Of a stretch of DNA of 5,702 nt, positions 4,283-5,702 are shown piece after piece; position 1 is the stretch's first letter; every line of letters starts with the position of its first letter. A program made the position numbers and the translations under genes. This stretch comes from a virus. The stretch lies in IMG/VR virus record IMGVR_UViG_3300045988_001496; one strand, 5' to 3'. The notes beneath the pieces are model-generated. The model ran no database searches. It was given only the letters and a program-made list of their open reading frames with translations, and had not been told where the DNA came from.

Positions 4283-4685
4283 GAGGTATGAAGAGGGGCG
4301 GAAGCCCCTCTTTTCTGCATCAGGAGAAACACAGCGTAAACAATACGTTTGGGCGAAAGACAAAGAAGGAAAAGAGTATCTGCAGGAAACAGAAAGCATT
4401 GACATCCAAGCAGAAATTGAAAGCTATGCGGATGAATGCGACATTAAAAACATTGTAAGAAAAGCAAGTTTTGACCCGCAGTTTATGCAGAGCCTTTCAC
4501 AGGGAGCATTTGACGACACAGAAACAGATATCACAGACTGGCCGCAGAACATTCACGAGTATCATAGAATGATTGCAACAGCGCAAGCAAACGCGATTGC
4601 ACTACAGGAAATGCAGAAAGAAACACCAGAAGAAATACCAGAAGAAATACCAGAAGAAGGAGAAATGAAGAATGGACAGGAATAA
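4275..4685 (+). CDS. VP3: VP3 internal scaffolding protein
   Basis: ATG 4275 lies 8 nt after GGAGGG (4261-4266) and overlaps the VP5 stop in ATGAATAA. YADECDIKNIVRKA resembles the conserved E-C-D-I-N-x-I core of gokushovirus scaffold proteins. It has an acidic C-terminal tail and sits directly upstream of VP1, overlapping it by 14 nt. The track's earlier Met at 4215 lacks an RBS. Confidence 0.8.
   Translation: MNKRYEEGRKPLFSASGETQRKQYVWAKDKEGKEYLQETESIDIQAEIESYADECDIKNIVRKASFDPQFMQSLSQGAFDDTETDITDWPQNIHEYHRMIATAQANAIALQEMQKETPEEIPEEIPEEGEMKNGQE
4292..4316 (+). promoter_or_regulatory. Terminator-like hairpin inside the 5' end of VP3 (8-bp GC stem, GGAA loop, T run)
   Basis: agaggggc (4292-4299), ggaa (4300-4303) and gcccctct (4304-4311) form the hairpin, followed by tttct. 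It lies 10 nt after the VP5 stop and shares its architecture with the hairpin at 706-725. Confidence 0.5.
4625..4660 (+). repeat. 12-nt tandem repeat x3 (accagaagaaat) encoding PEEI-PEEI-PEEG at the VP3 C-terminus
   Basis: Copies at 4625-4636 and 4637-4648 are identical. The third (4649-4660) differs only in its last two bases (gg), which creates the AAGGAG RBS of VP1. Confidence 0.9.
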
Positions 4686-5702
4686 TGAACGGCATTTTAA
4701 CCAAATTCCGAAAATGAAAGCAAGCCGAACGCGATTCAATCGAGATCAGACGATTTTGACAACGTTCGACGCGGGCAAACTCATCCCATTTTACGTAGAC
4801 GAAGTACTACCAGGCGACACATTCGACGTGGATACAACGGCAATTATCCGCATGACAACGCCAAAATACCCAGTAATGGACGATAGTTTTATTGACTTCT
4901 ACTATTTCTTCTGCCCAGACCGCATTTTGTGGAACAGTTTCAAGAACTTTATGGGCGAAGTAGAGGAAACGCCGTGGATGCCTTCAAAAACGTATGCTGT
5001 ACCGCAAATCAAAATCAACGGAACGAATGAAAAACCGGCACCGGACGAAAGAAGCATTCTGGACTATATGGGAGTGCCTACAAAGGTGAAAAAACCGTTC
5101 AGCATCAACGCACTGCCTATCAGAGCATACGTCAAAATTTGGAATGAATTTTTCAGAGATGAAAATGTAGACAACGCCGCAGTACTAAAGAGTGATGATG
5201 CAGACGTGACATACACAATGAGCACTGGCAAAGAAGACACCATGGAAAAAGAACTACAGGAAGCTGTAACAGGTGGTAATCTTTTACCAGTAAACAAATT
5301 CCACGACTATTTCACATCCTGCATGCCATATGCACAACGTGGGCCAGAAGTGACAATAGGACTAGCAGGAGCGGCGGGAGTATATGCATACAAAGACGAA
5401 GAACTTAAAAATAAAACAGAAACAACAATAAACAGCTTTGCAAGTCAAACAGACTTTAGCGGAACAGGAAATCAAAAACTTTATGACATGTTCTTTTGGA
5501 ATGGAACGCCGGCACAAATGTATGTAGGAGACGGAACAAAAAAAGAGAAGTACTATCTGGGGGCGGACCTATCGAAAACTGAGGCCGCAACAATTAACCA
5601 ACTTCGGCAGGCCATAAGCGTACAACAGTACTACGAGGCGCTAGCCAGAGGCGGCTCACGGTACAGAGAACAAGTACAGGCACTTTGGGATGTCATCATA
5701 TC
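4672..5702 (+). CDS. VP1: Major capsid protein VP1 (phiX174 F homolog), N-terminal part; continues at position 3 of the window
   Basis: The frame is open from the TGA at 4666-4668 to the window end by my manual translation. ATG 4672 lies 9 nt after AAGGAG (4657-4662). The N-terminus MDRNNERHFNQIPKMKASRTRFNRDQTILTTFDAGKLIPFYVDEVLPGDTF matches the conserved microvirus capsid N-terminal signature, as do later KFHDYFTSCMPYAQRG and ARGGSRY. The joined product is 556 aa. Confidence 0.95.
   Translation, partial: MDRNNERHFNQIPKMKASRTRFNRDQTILTTFDAGKLIPFYVDEVLPGDTFDVDTTAIIRMTTPKYPVMDDSFIDFYYFFCPDRILWNSFKNFMGEVEETPWMPSKTYAVPQIKINGTNEKPAPDERSILDYMGVPTKVKKPFSINALPIRAYVKIWNEFFRDENVDNAAVLKSDDADVTYTMSTGKEDTMEKELQEAVTGGNLLPVNKFHDYFTSCMPYAQRGPEVTIGLAGAAGVYAYKDEELKNKTETTINSFASQTDFSGTGNQKLYDMFFWNGTPAQMYVGDGTKKEKYYLGADLSKTEAATINQLRQAISVQQYYEALARGGSRYREQVQALWDVII
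5648..5702. repeat. Terminal overlap, copy 2 (identical to 1-55)
   Basis: Same 55-mer as 1-55. It lies inside the capsid coding sequence, which argues for linearisation of a circle rather than a biological terminal repeat. Confidence 0.95.

Larger units (their letters stand above)
1..5647 (+). other. One full unit of a circular Microviridae (gokushovirus-like) ssDNA phage genome
   Basis: An exact 55-nt overlap joins the window ends. A capsid ORF is interrupted only by the window boundary and stays in frame across the junction. The gene set is VP1, VP2, VP4, VP8-like, VP5-like and VP3, all on one strand, at a size typical of the family. Confidence 0.9.

Noticed and set aside
3887-4405. 172-aa minus-strand ORF. 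The other minus-strand ORFs are 9..281, 385..648, 665..964, 820..1011, 1164..1625, 2042..2353, 2335..2556, 3179..3535, 3288..3617 and 5064..5297.
   Set aside because: All lie antisense to well-supported + strand genes. Their Phe/Leu/Cys/Ser-rich, pseudo-hydrophobic composition is what the complement of A-rich coding DNA produces. No RBS is evident, and Microviridae are known to express one strand only.
4714-4716. ATG 4714 (MKASRTRF...) as the VP1 start.
   Set aside because: The in-frame ATG at 4672 has a proper AAGGAG 9 nt upstream. It also adds the ...HFNQIP... segment that typically precedes the conserved capsid N-terminal block.

Overview
The window is one complete, circularly closed genome of a small ssDNA phage of the family Microviridae, gokushovirus-like. 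The first 55 nt (1-55) are identical to the last 55 nt (5648-5702), so the unit length is 5647 nt. The major capsid gene runs off the 3' end and continues in frame at the 5' end. All supportable genes are on the + strand, which is visibly A/purine-rich. The order is VP1 major capsid (4672..5647 joined to 1..695), VP2 pilot/minor capsid, and VP4 HUH rolling-circle Rep. Next comes about 480 nt of gene-poor, repeat- and hairpin-dense DNA. After it come a LAS/M15-type zinc peptidase, two small Shine-Dalgarno-led ORFans, a 40-aa arginine/lysine-rich VP8-like protein that is absent from the supplied ORF track, a VP5-like protein and the VP3 scaffold. The non-canonical content is the block between Rep and VP8. 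It holds a cell-wall peptidase with no visible holin or signal peptide, two ORFans, and a structured non-coding region. That region contains a stem-loop just after Rep, two 22-nt perfectly alternating pyrimidine-purine GC-rich repeats, an array of at least 7 same-strand GTTGAA motifs, and a 51-nt compound hairpin. It is my best candidate for the replication origin or other cis-acting control signals. All family assignments rest on motifs I recognise by eye; no database search was possible.
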